Source: a bacterium
Lineage (GTDB): Bacteria; Bacteroidota; Bacteroidia; Bacteroidales; UBA932
Direction of reading: 5' to 3'
DNA length: 64,000 bases
NCBI GenBank assembly: GCA_963637965.1
Contig: CAVHPI010000001.1
Coordinates: 48,032 to 112,031 of the forward strand
Shown here: in pieces, positions 45,295-54,519 of the stretch
Layout: the number at the start of each line of letters is the position of its first letter
Position numbering within the stretch: the stretch's first letter is position 1
Notes under the pieces: model-generated
Told to the model about the DNA's origin: nothing
Databases searched by the model: none
The model's input: the letters and a program-made list of their open reading frames with translations, nothing else
Translations under genes and position numbers: made by a program

Positions 45295-45347
45295 AGCGAA
45301 GAAACATCCCCGAATCCACTTTAGGCGGAGCGCTGATGTGCCCGGGT

Positions 45348-46649
45348 TTAGAGGCGGTCGAGGATGGTGTCGCGGTAGTATTTGACCACCTGGAGGCTGT
45401 CGCGCATATCAAAGGCGCGACGCATCGCCTCTTCAAAGGCGGGCATCTTCTCCTTGGAGAGAGGCTCGGCCGGGGGAGTTATCATCTTGAGGGGATTCTG
45501 CGGCACATTGTTGTACCAGATGCGGAAATCCAGGTGCGGCCCGGTGGAACGGCCGGTGGAGCCCACATAGCCGATGACCTGCCCCTGGCTGACATGCGCG
45601 CCCGCCTTGATGCCCTTGGCATACTTGGACAAGTGCAGATAGGCGGTGCGGTAGTTCTGCGCGTGGCGAATGCGCACCGTGTTGCCCCCCGCCCCTTCAT
45701 ACTTTGCAGACTGCACCACGCCGTCGGCCACGCTCACCACCGGAGTCCCCTTGGGGGCCGCATAATCCACCCCGGTGTGGGGCTGCACGCGGCGCGTGAT
45801 GGGGTGGCGGCGGGCATAGGTAAAGCCCGAGCTCACGCGGGAATACTTGAGCGGCGCCTTGAGAAACGCCTTGCGGGAGCCTTCGCCCTTCTCGTTCCAG
45901 TATTTGTTGCCCCCTTTGGAGCCGTCGTCGAAATAATATGCCTGATACTCCTTGCCCGCGTGGCTGAATGAGGCGTAATAGATGTTGCCCACGGAGGCCA
46001 CATCCCCTTCGCACTCCTCCAGTTCATAGACCACCTTGTATGAATCGCCCTTCTGCAGGCCAAAGAAGTCTATCGACCAGGCGTAAATGTCGGAGAGCTT
46101 TATGGCCAGCAGCGGAGAACATCCCGCCTTCTGGGTGTCGTACCACAGGGAGTTATTAATTTCCACCTCGTCGTAGTGGAGGGTTGTCTGCACATCCTTC
46201 TCGTTTACATACACCCTCGGCTGCTCCTCAAAAGAGAACACCACCACGCTGCGGCGGTCGCGGTCGTAGACGAAATATGCCAGACGGTTGTCGCCGGTGG
46301 TGTCAGGCTCGTAGTAGGCGTGGTACTGGTTGCCCACGCGCATGCTCTTAACGTCAAAAATCCCCTTGCCCGCCTCTATGAGGTCGTTAGCGACGGTCTG
46401 GGAGACTCCCAGCCGCTCCATTATCACGGAGAAGTAATCGCCTTCTCCGATTTCTCCGATCTCCTCGGAATACATATCGACGGGGATGCCGTGCTCGTAA
46501 ACGTGGGCGGCGCTGTCAATCTGCGTCTCAGCTTGCGCCGCAGCCCTCTTTGCAGACTTTTCCGACTCCGGCCGCGCCCCTGTGCCGGAGGTGCAGGCAG
46601 AGAGCGCAAACAGGGCCGCCGCCACTGTCATCATTGCTCTTGATTTCAT
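45348..46649 (-). CDS. M23 family metallopeptidase (peptidoglycan endopeptidase), lipoprotein signal
   Basis: Signal ...LFALSAC. HTGVDYAAPKGTPV...GGNTVRIRH...GSTGRSTGPHLDFRIW (HxxxD / HxH motifs). Confidence 0.9.
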   Translation of the reverse strand: MKSRAMMTVAAALFALSACTSGTGARPESEKSAKRAAAQAETQIDSAAHVYEHGIPVDMYSEEIGEIGEGDYFSVIMERLGVSQTVANDLIEAGKGIFDVKSMRVGNQYHAYYEPDTTGDNRLAYFVYDRDRRSVVVFSFEEQPRVYVNEKDVQTTLHYDEVEINNSLWYDTQKAGCSPLLAIKLSDIYAWSIDFFGLQKGDSYKVVYELEECEGDVASVGNIYYASFSHAGKEYQAYYFDDGSKGGNKYWNEKGEGSRKAFLKAPLKYSRVSSGFTYARRHPITRRVQPHTGVDYAAPKGTPVVSVADGVVQSAKYEGAGGNTVRIRHAQNYRTAYLHLSKYAKGIKAGAHVSQGQVIGYVGSTGRSTGPHLDFRIWYNNVPQNPLKMITPPAEPLSKEKMPAFEEAMRRAFDMRDSLQVVKYYRDTILDRL

Positions 46650-46683
46650 ATCTCAACTCGTTACTTTAGGCAAATTTAGCGGT

Positions 46684-46748
46684 AAATGTAATTTTTTGGA
46701 AATTTTTGTAAAAAAATGTAATTATTCATAAAAAGTGTTATACCTTTG
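46684..46748 (+). promoter_or_regulatory. mraZ upstream region: -7 box TACCTTTG (46741-46748) and three phased TGTAA repeats (candidate MraZ operator)
   Basis: TGTAA at 46687, 46707 and 46717 (spacings of 20 and 10 nt). AAATGTAATT is repeated exactly at 46684-46693 and 46714-46723. The -7 box is 23 nt before ATG 46772. Confidence 0.35.
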
Positions 46749-46771
46749 CTACACACATCACTCTACATCAT

Positions 46772-47218
46772 ATGATCAATTTTATCGGCGAATACACGGC
46801 TAAGGTAGACGACAAGGGGAGGCTCGTTTTCCCCTCCGCCTTCAAGGCCATTTGCGGGGAGGACATCCGCAAAGGATTCGTCGTTAAAAAAACCTTGTTC
46901 GCAAACTGCCTCGAGATGTACACCTACGAGTCGTGGGAAAAAGAGTCCGAGGCAGTGCGGTCAAGACTCAATCTTTTCAACAGGGACGACGAGCGATTCT
47001 GGCGTGCATACACCAGCAACCGCTCATTCGTGATCCCGGACGAGAAAATCGGCAGGATTTCCATTCCCAAGGCTCTGCTGGAGTCGGTCGGCATCTTTCG
47101 TGAGGCCATCTTCTGCGGCAGGGACTTCAAGATAGAAATCTGGGCTAAGGAGAATCTTGACGGCACAGCTTTATCCGAAGAAGATTATGTAGCACTCGCA
47201 GAAAAGACGCTGGGTTAA
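46772..47218 (+). CDS. mraZ: Transcriptional regulator MraZ
   Basis: 148 aa. Two SpoVT/AbrB-like repeats with DDKGRLVFPSAF and DEKIGRISIPKAL. Confidence 0.95.
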   Translation: MINFIGEYTAKVDDKGRLVFPSAFKAICGEDIRKGFVVKKTLFANCLEMYTYESWEKESEAVRSRLNLFNRDDERFWRAYTSNRSFVIPDEKIGRISIPKALLESVGIFREAIFCGRDFKIEIWAKENLDGTALSEEDYVALAEKTLG

Positions 47219-47233
47219 AAGGAGGTTTCGGAT

Positions 47234-48124
47234 ATGTCAGAATATCATACACCTGTTCTTCTGAAAGAGAGTGTATCCGCCTTGCAGATTAAGCCAAGCG
47301 GCGTCTATGTGGATGCGACATTCGGAGGAGGCGGCCATAGCAGAGCCATTTTGGAAGCCCTGTCCCCGCAGGGGAGGCTGATTGCCTTTGACCAGGACGA
47401 GGAGGCTCTGGCCAACGCCCCCGACGACGAGCGCCTGATTCCGGTGCACTCCAACTTCAGATTCATCCGCAACTGGGTCCGCTACCACGGATTCGAGGGG
47501 GTGGACGGGGTGCTTGCCGACCTCGGGGTCTCTTCCCATCAGTTCGACACCGAAGAGCGCGGCTTCTCGTTCCGCTTTCCCGCCGAACTGGACATGAGGA
47601 TGAACGCAGGCGCCGCCGTCAGCGCGCAGGAGATTGTGAACAGCTATAGCCGGGAGAATTTGGAGCGCATCTTCAGGGAATACGGAGAGGTGGACTGCAG
47701 CCGCAAGGCGGCAGCGCTGGTGTGCGAAGCCCGCGCGCAGAGCCCCATCCTCACCACGGAGCAGCTGAACGCCGCTTTGGAGAAGGTCACCCCCAAGATA
47801 GCGCCGCACAAGTTCCTGGCAAAGATTTACCAGGCGCTGCGAATCGAGGTCAACGACGAGATGGGAGCCCTGGAGCGCTTTATGCCGATGGCGATAAAGT
47901 CGCTGAACGAAGGGGGGATTCTGGCGGTGATAACCTATCACTCGCTGGAAGACCGCATTGTAAAAAACACAATCCGCGACGGAGTCGGGGCGGGGCTGCT
48001 CAAGAAAGTAACCTCAAAACCGGTGCTCCCGCAGGAGGATGAGATAGAGCGCAACACCCGCGCCCGCAGCGCCAAGCTGCGCACGGCCCTCCGCACGGAG
48101 GTAGAATACAGAGTCCTGCCATGA
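47234..48124 (+). CDS. rsmH: 16S rRNA (cytosine1402-N4)-methyltransferase
   Basis: HTPVLL...VDATFGGGGHS...DLGVSSHQ... pattern. Preceded by AAGGAGGT at 47219-47226. Confidence 0.95.
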   Translation: MSEYHTPVLLKESVSALQIKPSGVYVDATFGGGGHSRAILEALSPQGRLIAFDQDEEALANAPDDERLIPVHSNFRFIRNWVRYHGFEGVDGVLADLGVSSHQFDTEERGFSFRFPAELDMRMNAGAAVSAQEIVNSYSRENLERIFREYGEVDCSRKAAALVCEARAQSPILTTEQLNAALEKVTPKIAPHKFLAKIYQALRIEVNDEMGALERFMPMAIKSLNEGGILAVITYHSLEDRIVKNTIRDGVGAGLLKKVTSKPVLPQEDEIERNTRARSAKLRTALRTEVEYRVLP

Positions 48125-48456
48125 GTTTCAAGGAGCGTTTAAGAGATTGGTTCACCGGCCTTTTGGGCGGCGAATACATTACAAAGAAAGGCGTGGACAG
48201 ACAACTTCTGTTCATTTTTTTCTGTTTTATACTGATAAGTCTCTGGCTCATCTGGGGACTGTGGTCAGAGGCCAGGATGGCCGAGATCGGCGAGAACGAA
48301 AAAATGCTCAAGGAGCTCAAGATAGAATACAACGAGAAGAACCTGACCCTCACCGGGCTGGATCAGCGCACCAAGATAGAGGCGATGCTCTCGGGCAGCG
48401 GCAACACCGCCCTGCACGCCCCCGCCGACCCGCCCAGAAGGCTTGTGATTGAATAG
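48121..48456 (+). CDS. FtsL-like cell division protein
   Basis: 111 aa. Single TM LLFIFFCFILISLWLIWGL followed by a coiled-coil-like segment. Canonical position between rsmH and ftsI; ATGA overlap with rsmH. Confidence 0.7.
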   Translation: MSFKERLRDWFTGLLGGEYITKKGVDRQLLFIFFCFILISLWLIWGLWSEARMAEIGENEKMLKELKIEYNEKNLTLTGLDQRTKIEAMLSGSGNTALHAPADPPRRLVIE

Positions 48457-48459
48457 AGA

Positions 48460-50478
48460 ATGAAGCTGAATGTCCTCAAAGTAGCCGCATTTTATGCGAT
48501 ATTTCTTGTGATAGCCGCTGCGGCCGTCGCAAGAATCGTGCATCTGCAATACTTCGACAAGGAGGTCACCCGCGAGGGGATCGCCAAGAAGGACACGCGC
48601 GACGATGTTACGATGCCTCTGCGCGGCAGCATTCTGGCCGCCGACGGACGCAACCTGGCATTCTCCACCCCCGAATACTTCATAGCGATGGACTGCACCG
48701 TGGCCCCCGATTCTGTGTTCGAGGCCAATGTCCGCCCCCTGTGCGAAGCCCTCGCCTCAAACTACAAGGAGAAGAGCGCCGCCCAGTACGAGGCCTTGCT
48801 GCGCGAAAAGCGCAGAAGCGGCAAGCAATACACCAAACTGCTGCGCCAGCACGTAAGCCACGCTGAGATGCGCGAGATAAGCCAATACCCCCTGCTCTGC
48901 GAGGGACAGCGCAAGGGAGGCCTCATAGTGGAGGAGATCGACCACCGCGAATACCCCTACGACAAGCTGGCATACCGCACGCTTGGTTATCTGCGCAGCA
49001 GCGAAGACCGCCCCAAAATCGGGGTAGAAGGGGCCCTGGACTCGGTTCTGCGCGGCAAGAGCGGGGTGCGTCCGATGCGCCTGATAGACAAGAACACCTG
49101 GATTCCCGACTCCCGCAAGGAAGAAGTTCCCGCCGTCAACGGCGACGATGTGCAGATTTCCATCGACATAGATATGCAGGACATTGCCCAAAAGGCGCTG
49201 CTGCACAAAATCGAGGGAGAAGATGACCTCGAGGCCGGCACCGTGATAGTGATGGAGGTCGCCACCGGCGAAATCCGCGCCATGGTCAACATGGAAAAGG
49301 ACGAGCACGGCCGCTTTACCGAGCAATACAATTATGCCATCGGCCGCCTGGGCGAGCCGGGCAGCGTGTTCAAGCTGGCCACCCTGGTCACCGCGCTGGA
49401 AGACGGCAAGGTAACTCTGGACACCAAGCAGCGGGCCGATGTGCTGTGGCACTACTACCGCGTGAAAAAGCCTTTCGAGGACACCTACCTGCGCAATTAC
49501 AGCGAAATCACCGTGCGCAAGGGTCTGGAAATCTCTTCCAACAACGTGTTCCGCCGCATCGCGGCAGAGAAATACGACAAGAACCCACAGGAGTTCGTGG
49601 ACAAGCTCAATAACGAGCGGCGCATCAGCTACAACTACGACTTTGACATCCCGGGGATGGGCAAGGCCCGCATCTCCAGCCCCAAAGACAAGCACTGGAG
49701 CCCGGCCGACCTGCCCCAGATAGGGATGGGATATGCCGTGCAGCTGACTCCGCTGCATATTTTGAGTTTCTACAACGCCGTGGCCAACGACGGCATCATG
49801 GTCAAGCCCCACCTGTTTGTCAACCGGCAGCGGGGCGGCAACGTGGTGTACACCTACCCTGTCGAAACCGTCGGGAGGGTATGCTCCAAAGAGACTGCAG
49901 CCAAGGCCAGGGAGGCGTTGCGCGGGGTCGTAATCGGCGAGAACGGCACCGCCCGCCGCGCATTCAAGGATTGCAAGGTGCATGTGGCGGGCAAGACCGG
50001 CACCGCCCGCATCGCCCTGCCTCAGGGAGGATACATGGACGGCTCCGGACGCAAGAAACATCAAGGCTCGTTTGTGGGATTTTTTCCCTACGAAAACCCC
50101 AAGTATTCCATCATAGTGGTGGTGTATTCCCGCCTGGCGGCGCGCAACTTCTACGGCGGCACCTGGGGCGGCCCTGTAGCCTGCGAAATCATAGACAACA
50201 TATACGCCTCGTCGCCCGAATGGAACGCCCCCGAAATCTCTTCCGGAGCGATGCCCGAGATAGCGGAAAACAGCCGCGCGGCGCACAACGACACCATATC
50301 GGGCGTGCCCGATGTAGTGGGAATGGGCCTCCGGGACGCGGTTTACACGCTTGAATCGCGCGGCTACAAGGTCAGCTCCTCCGGAAAGGGGAGAGTCACC
50401 GGCCAGAGACCCGCCGCAGGAGAAAGCGCCGGGGCTGCAAAGGACAGTGTTACACTTTTATTGTCAGAAGCATTATGA
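48460..50478 (+). CDS. ftsI: Penicillin-binding protein 3 (FtsI-type transpeptidase) with C-terminal PASTA domain
   Basis: SxxK (SVFK), SxN (SSN) and KTG(T) (KTGTA) motifs. C-terminal VPDVVGMGLRDAVYTLESRGYKV PASTA-like segment. Confidence 0.93.
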   Translation: MKLNVLKVAAFYAIFLVIAAAAVARIVHLQYFDKEVTREGIAKKDTRDDVTMPLRGSILAADGRNLAFSTPEYFIAMDCTVAPDSVFEANVRPLCEALASNYKEKSAAQYEALLREKRRSGKQYTKLLRQHVSHAEMREISQYPLLCEGQRKGGLIVEEIDHREYPYDKLAYRTLGYLRSSEDRPKIGVEGALDSVLRGKSGVRPMRLIDKNTWIPDSRKEEVPAVNGDDVQISIDIDMQDIAQKALLHKIEGEDDLEAGTVIVMEVATGEIRAMVNMEKDEHGRFTEQYNYAIGRLGEPGSVFKLATLVTALEDGKVTLDTKQRADVLWHYYRVKKPFEDTYLRNYSEITVRKGLEISSNNVFRRIAAEKYDKNPQEFVDKLNNERRISYNYDFDIPGMGKARISSPKDKHWSPADLPQIGMGYAVQLTPLHILSFYNAVANDGIMVKPHLFVNRQRGGNVVYTYPVETVGRVCSKETAAKAREALRGVVIGENGTARRAFKDCKVHVAGKTGTARIALPQGGYMDGSGRKKHQGSFVGFFPYENPKYSIIVVVYSRLAARNFYGGTWGGPVACEIIDNIYASSPEWNAPEISSGAMPEIAENSRAAHNDTISGVPDVVGMGLRDAVYTLESRGYKVSSSGKGRVTGQRPAAGESAGAAKDSVTLLLSEAL

Positions 50479-51905
50479 CAGCAGAAAATTTGAATTTTGA
50501 ATCCCTCGGGATAAGCTCGATAGAGACCGACTCGCGCAAATGCACCCCCGGCAGCCTGTTCGTGGCTGTGGCGGGCAATGCGGCGGACGGCCACAAATTC
50601 ATACCCAAGGCCATCGAGAACGGAGCCGTGGCAGTCGTCTATCAGAACGGGGGCTCTTTTGAGATGCAGAGCGGCATCACCTACATCAAGGCCGAATCCA
50701 GCCGCAAGGCGCTCGCCACTCTGGCTTCGCGCTTCTATGGCGACCCCAGCGCCAAGCTCAACCTGGTGGGAGTGACCGGCACCAACGGCAAGACCACCAC
50801 CGCCACCCTGCTCTACCGACTCTTTACGTCGATGGGCTATGCCTGCGGCCTCATCTCCACAATCGCCAACTATGTGGGGAGCCGTAAAATCCACACCGAG
50901 CACACCACCCCCGACCCGCTGGAACTCAACGCACTGCTCTCCGAGATGGTCGCCGCCGGCTGCGAATACTGTTTTATGGAGGTCAGCAGCCACGCCATAG
51001 ACCAGGACCGCGTGGCGCATCTCAAGTTCAGGGGAGGCATCTTCTCCAACCTGACCCACGACCATCTGGACTATCACAAGACATTTGCCGCCTACCGCGA
51101 TTGCAAAAAGGCCTTCTTTGACTCTCTGGGCAAAGATTCGTTCGCGCTGGTCAACATAGACGACGCCAACGGAGAGGTGATGGTGCAGAACTGCAAGGCG
51201 CACATCTACCGCTACTCCTGCACCAAAATGGCCGACTTCAAGTGCCGCCTGATGGAGGAGACGATGGACGGGATGCAGCTTACGATAGACGGCACCCAGG
51301 TCTGGACCCGCTTCATCGGGGCCCACAACGCATACAACCTGCTGGCGGTGTACGCCGCCGCTGTGCTGCTGGGGGCGCCAAAAGACGAGGTGCTGACCCT
51401 GCTGAGCGGTATGAAGGCTGTGGAAGGGCGCCTGGAATACATCAAGGGGGGCGACGGCCTCACCGCCGTGGTGGATTACGCCCACACCCCCGACGCTATG
51501 GAAAATGTGCTCAAGACGCTGCGGGATGCCGCCCGCGGCGAATATCTGATATGCGTGTTCGGCTGCGGCGGCGACCGCGACAAGACCAAGCGCCCCGAGA
51601 TGGGGCAGATTGCCGCGAAATATGCCGACCGCGTGGTGGTAACCTCCGACAACCCCCGCACAGAGCAGCCCGAGGATATAATAAATGACATCCGCGAGGG
51701 GATGTCGGCCTCAGACCGCGCCAAATCGGTGTTCATCACCGACAGGGCCGAGGCAATCCGCAGCGCGCTGCTCTTTGCCCCCAAGGGAGCTGTGATTCTG
51801 GTGGCCGGCAAGGGGCACGAGGATTATCAGATAATCGGCACGGTAAAACATCACTTCGACGACAAGGAGGTCATCCGCGAAGCTTTCTCATCAATTCAGA
51901 AATAG
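50475..51905 (+). CDS. murE: UDP-N-acetylmuramoyl-L-alanyl-D-glutamate--2,6-diaminopimelate ligase
   Basis: VTGTNGKTTT P-loop and the DNPR motif (meso-DAP type). Confidence 0.95.
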   Translation: MTAENLNFESLGISSIETDSRKCTPGSLFVAVAGNAADGHKFIPKAIENGAVAVVYQNGGSFEMQSGITYIKAESSRKALATLASRFYGDPSAKLNLVGVTGTNGKTTTATLLYRLFTSMGYACGLISTIANYVGSRKIHTEHTTPDPLELNALLSEMVAAGCEYCFMEVSSHAIDQDRVAHLKFRGGIFSNLTHDHLDYHKTFAAYRDCKKAFFDSLGKDSFALVNIDDANGEVMVQNCKAHIYRYSCTKMADFKCRLMEETMDGMQLTIDGTQVWTRFIGAHNAYNLLAVYAAAVLLGAPKDEVLTLLSGMKAVEGRLEYIKGGDGLTAVVDYAHTPDAMENVLKTLRDAARGEYLICVFGCGGDRDKTKRPEMGQIAAKYADRVVVTSDNPRTEQPEDIINDIREGMSASDRAKSVFITDRAEAIRSALLFAPKGAVILVAGKGHEDYQIIGTVKHHFDDKEVIREAFSSIQK

Positions 51906-51911
51906 ACAGCC

Positions 51912-53174
51912 ATGATATATCATCTTTGCGAATATCTGCAGTCGAGAGGCATTGAGTTTGCCGGCCTGCGACTGATGAACTACATCTCCTTCAGGGTGGT
52001 CTGCTGCGCCCTTGTGGCCATTGTCACCGCCCTGTGGTCGGGCAAGGTCATAATCAAGAAGCTGCAGGCCAGGCAGATCGGGGAGGAAATCCGCGACCTC
52101 GGCCTGGAGGGGCAGCTGAGCAAGAAGGGGACCCCCACAATGGGCGGAATGATAATCGCCCTATCCATTCTGGTGCCGATACTGCTGTTCGGCGACCTGA
52201 CCAACGTGAACAACATACTGCTGATAATCGCCACCGTGTGGATGGGCTTCATAGGCTATCTCGACGACCACGCCAAGATTGCCAAGCACAACAAGGACGG
52301 CATCTCGGGCAAGAAGAAGATTCTGGCGCAGGTTGTGCTGGGACTGGCAGTGGGGCTCACGATGTGCTTCAGCGACCAGCTGGGCTTCCGCGTGGGCAAC
52401 AAGGGAGGCGTGGACGGCTACGGAGGCCACGAGGAGCCCGCAGTTGAGGTCGTGATGGAAAACAGCGCCAAAACCACCATCCCCTTTGTGAAGGACAACG
52501 AATTCGACTACTCCTGGCTCTCGCCGCTCGACGGCAAGGCGGGGCAGTGGTGGACCTGGATCTTGTACATCCTGGTAATCATATTCATCATCACCGCCTG
52601 CAGCAACGGCGCCAACCTCACCGACGGCATGGACGGCCTCTCGGCGGGAGTGGCGGCCATAGTGGGGATAACGCTGGGAGTGCTGGCATACCTCTCGGGC
52701 CACGTGGGCTACGCCAACTACCTCAATATAATGTACATCCCCTCCAGCGGCGAGATTGCGGTGTACATGAGCGCGTTAGTCGGAGCCCTGCTGGGCTTTC
52801 TGTGGTATAACACCTTCCCCGCCAAAGTGTTTATGGGCGACACGGGCAGCCTGATGCTGGGCGGCGTGATAGGCGTGTGCGCGGTGCTCATCCGCAAGGA
52901 GCTGCTGCTCCCCATACTGTGCGGAGTATATCTGGCCGAGAGCCTCTCGGTAATCATCCAGAGATTCTACTTCAAATACACCAAGAAGAAATATGGAGAA
53001 GGGGTGCGGGTGTTCCGCATGTCCCCCCTCCACCACCACTTCCAGAAGGAGGATCCCAAGGCGCTGATTCAGAGCCCCAGGGAAATCCAGCCAGAAGCGC
53101 GCATCGTGAGCCGCTTCTGGATTGTATCCATCATTCTGGCGGTGCTCACAATCGTAACACTTAAGATCAGGTAA
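51912..53174 (+). CDS. mraY: Phospho-N-acetylmuramoyl-pentapeptide transferase
   Basis: 420 aa, polytopic. NGANLTDGMDGL and MGDTGSL motifs. Confidence 0.96.
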   Translation: MIYHLCEYLQSRGIEFAGLRLMNYISFRVVCCALVAIVTALWSGKVIIKKLQARQIGEEIRDLGLEGQLSKKGTPTMGGMIIALSILVPILLFGDLTNVNNILLIIATVWMGFIGYLDDHAKIAKHNKDGISGKKKILAQVVLGLAVGLTMCFSDQLGFRVGNKGGVDGYGGHEEPAVEVVMENSAKTTIPFVKDNEFDYSWLSPLDGKAGQWWTWILYILVIIFIITACSNGANLTDGMDGLSAGVAAIVGITLGVLAYLSGHVGYANYLNIMYIPSSGEIAVYMSALVGALLGFLWYNTFPAKVFMGDTGSLMLGGVIGVCAVLIRKELLLPILCGVYLAESLSVIIQRFYFKYTKKKYGEGVRVFRMSPLHHHFQKEDPKALIQSPREIQPEARIVSRFWIVSIILAVLTIVTLKIR

Positions 53175-53179
53175 CATAT

Positions 53180-54514
53180 ATGGACAGAATTGTAGTATTG
53201 GGAGGCGGCGAGAGCGGCGTGGGAGCTGCGGTGCTTGCAAAGAAAAAGGGCTTTGACACATTCCTTTCGGATATGTCGACCCTCAAGTCGGAACACAAGA
53301 AGACTCTGGAGGAATACGGTATCCCCTTTGAGGAGGGCGGGCACACCCGCGAGCTGATTCTTGGCGCCACGGAGATAATCAAGAGCCCCGGCATACCCGA
53401 GACCGCCCCCATGGTGGCGGAAGCAATCGCGCTGGGCATCCCCATCATCTCCGAGATCGAGTTTGCCGGCCGCTACGACAAGGCCAAGAAAATCTGCATC
53501 ACCGGCAGCAACGGCAAGACCACCACTACATCGCTCATATATTATATGCTCAAGAACGCCGGGCTCAACGTGGGTCTGGGGGGAAACATCGGCCGCAGCT
53601 ACGCTTTTCAGGTGGCGACCGAGAATTATGACATATATGTGCTGGAGCTCAGCAGCTTCCAGCTGGACAACATGTACGACTTCAAGGCCGACATCGCGAT
53701 TCTGCTGAACATAACCCCGGACCATCTGGACCGCTACGGATATGACCTGCAGAACTATGTCAACGCCAAGTTCCGCATCACCAACAATATGGCGGCGGAC
53801 GACTGCTTCATATTCTGCTCCGACGACGAAATCACCATCAAAAACCTCAACCAGATTGTGATCAAGGCACAGATGCTGGCCATCAGCCAGAAGGATGCAG
53901 TGGAAAACGGCGCCTACGCCCTGGACGGCCGCATGCACATCAACTATGGCGGCGAGCCCTACGAGATGGCGGTGAGCGACCTCTCGCTCAAGGGGATGCA
54001 CAATGTGTACAACTCCATGGCGGCCGCCCTCACCGGCAAGCTGATGAACATCACAAACGAGAACATCCGCAAGGCGCTCTGCTCGTTTGCACCGGTGGAG
54101 CACCGCATGGAAAAGGTGCTCAGCGTGAAAGGGGTGCTCTACGTTAACGACTCCAAGGCGACCAACGTGAACTCAACCTGGTATGCACTGGAGTGCATGA
54201 CTACCCCCGTGGTGCTGATTCTGGGCGGCAAGGACAAGGGCAACGACTACTCGCCGCTGTTTGACCTCGTGCGCGGGAAGGTTCGCGCAATCGTGTGCCT
54301 GGGCGTGGACAACAAGAAGATACACGACTCCTTCGGCGACAAGGTGGACACGATCGTGGACACACTCTCTGCCGACGAAGCCGTGAAGCAGGCGAGCCTG
54401 CTGGCAAAGGAGGGGGACACCGTGCTGCTCTCACCCTGCTGCGCAAGCTTTGACCTGTTCAAAAGCTACGAAGACCGCGGACGCAAATTCAAGGAGGCAG
54501 TGCGCAATCTGTAG
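53180..54514 (+). CDS. murD: UDP-N-acetylmuramoylalanine--D-glutamate ligase
   Basis: N-terminal Rossmann VVLGGGESGVGAA and ITGSNGKTTT. Confidence 0.95.
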   Translation: MDRIVVLGGGESGVGAAVLAKKKGFDTFLSDMSTLKSEHKKTLEEYGIPFEEGGHTRELILGATEIIKSPGIPETAPMVAEAIALGIPIISEIEFAGRYDKAKKICITGSNGKTTTTSLIYYMLKNAGLNVGLGGNIGRSYAFQVATENYDIYVLELSSFQLDNMYDFKADIAILLNITPDHLDRYGYDLQNYVNAKFRITNNMAADDCFIFCSDDEITIKNLNQIVIKAQMLAISQKDAVENGAYALDGRMHINYGGEPYEMAVSDLSLKGMHNVYNSMAAALTGKLMNITNENIRKALCSFAPVEHRMEKVLSVKGVLYVNDSKATNVNSTWYALECMTTPVVLILGGKDKGNDYSPLFDLVRGKVRAIVCLGVDNKKIHDSFGDKVDTIVDTLSADEAVKQASLLAKEGDTVLLSPCCASFDLFKSYEDRGRKFKEAVRNL

Positions 54515-54519
54515 CGGTT

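Noticed and set aside
45336-45971. The 211-aa plus-strand ORF at 45336-45971, adjacent to the repeat copy.
   Set aside because: It is antisense to the well-supported M23 peptidase gene. Its product is low-complexity and Gly/Ala/His/Arg-rich. It is a shadow ORF.
54491-54497. AAGGAGG upstream of ftsW as a third Shine-Dalgarno site.
   Set aside because: It lies 23 nt before the ftsW ATG, too far for SD function. It is inside the murD coding sequence (codons for KEA).
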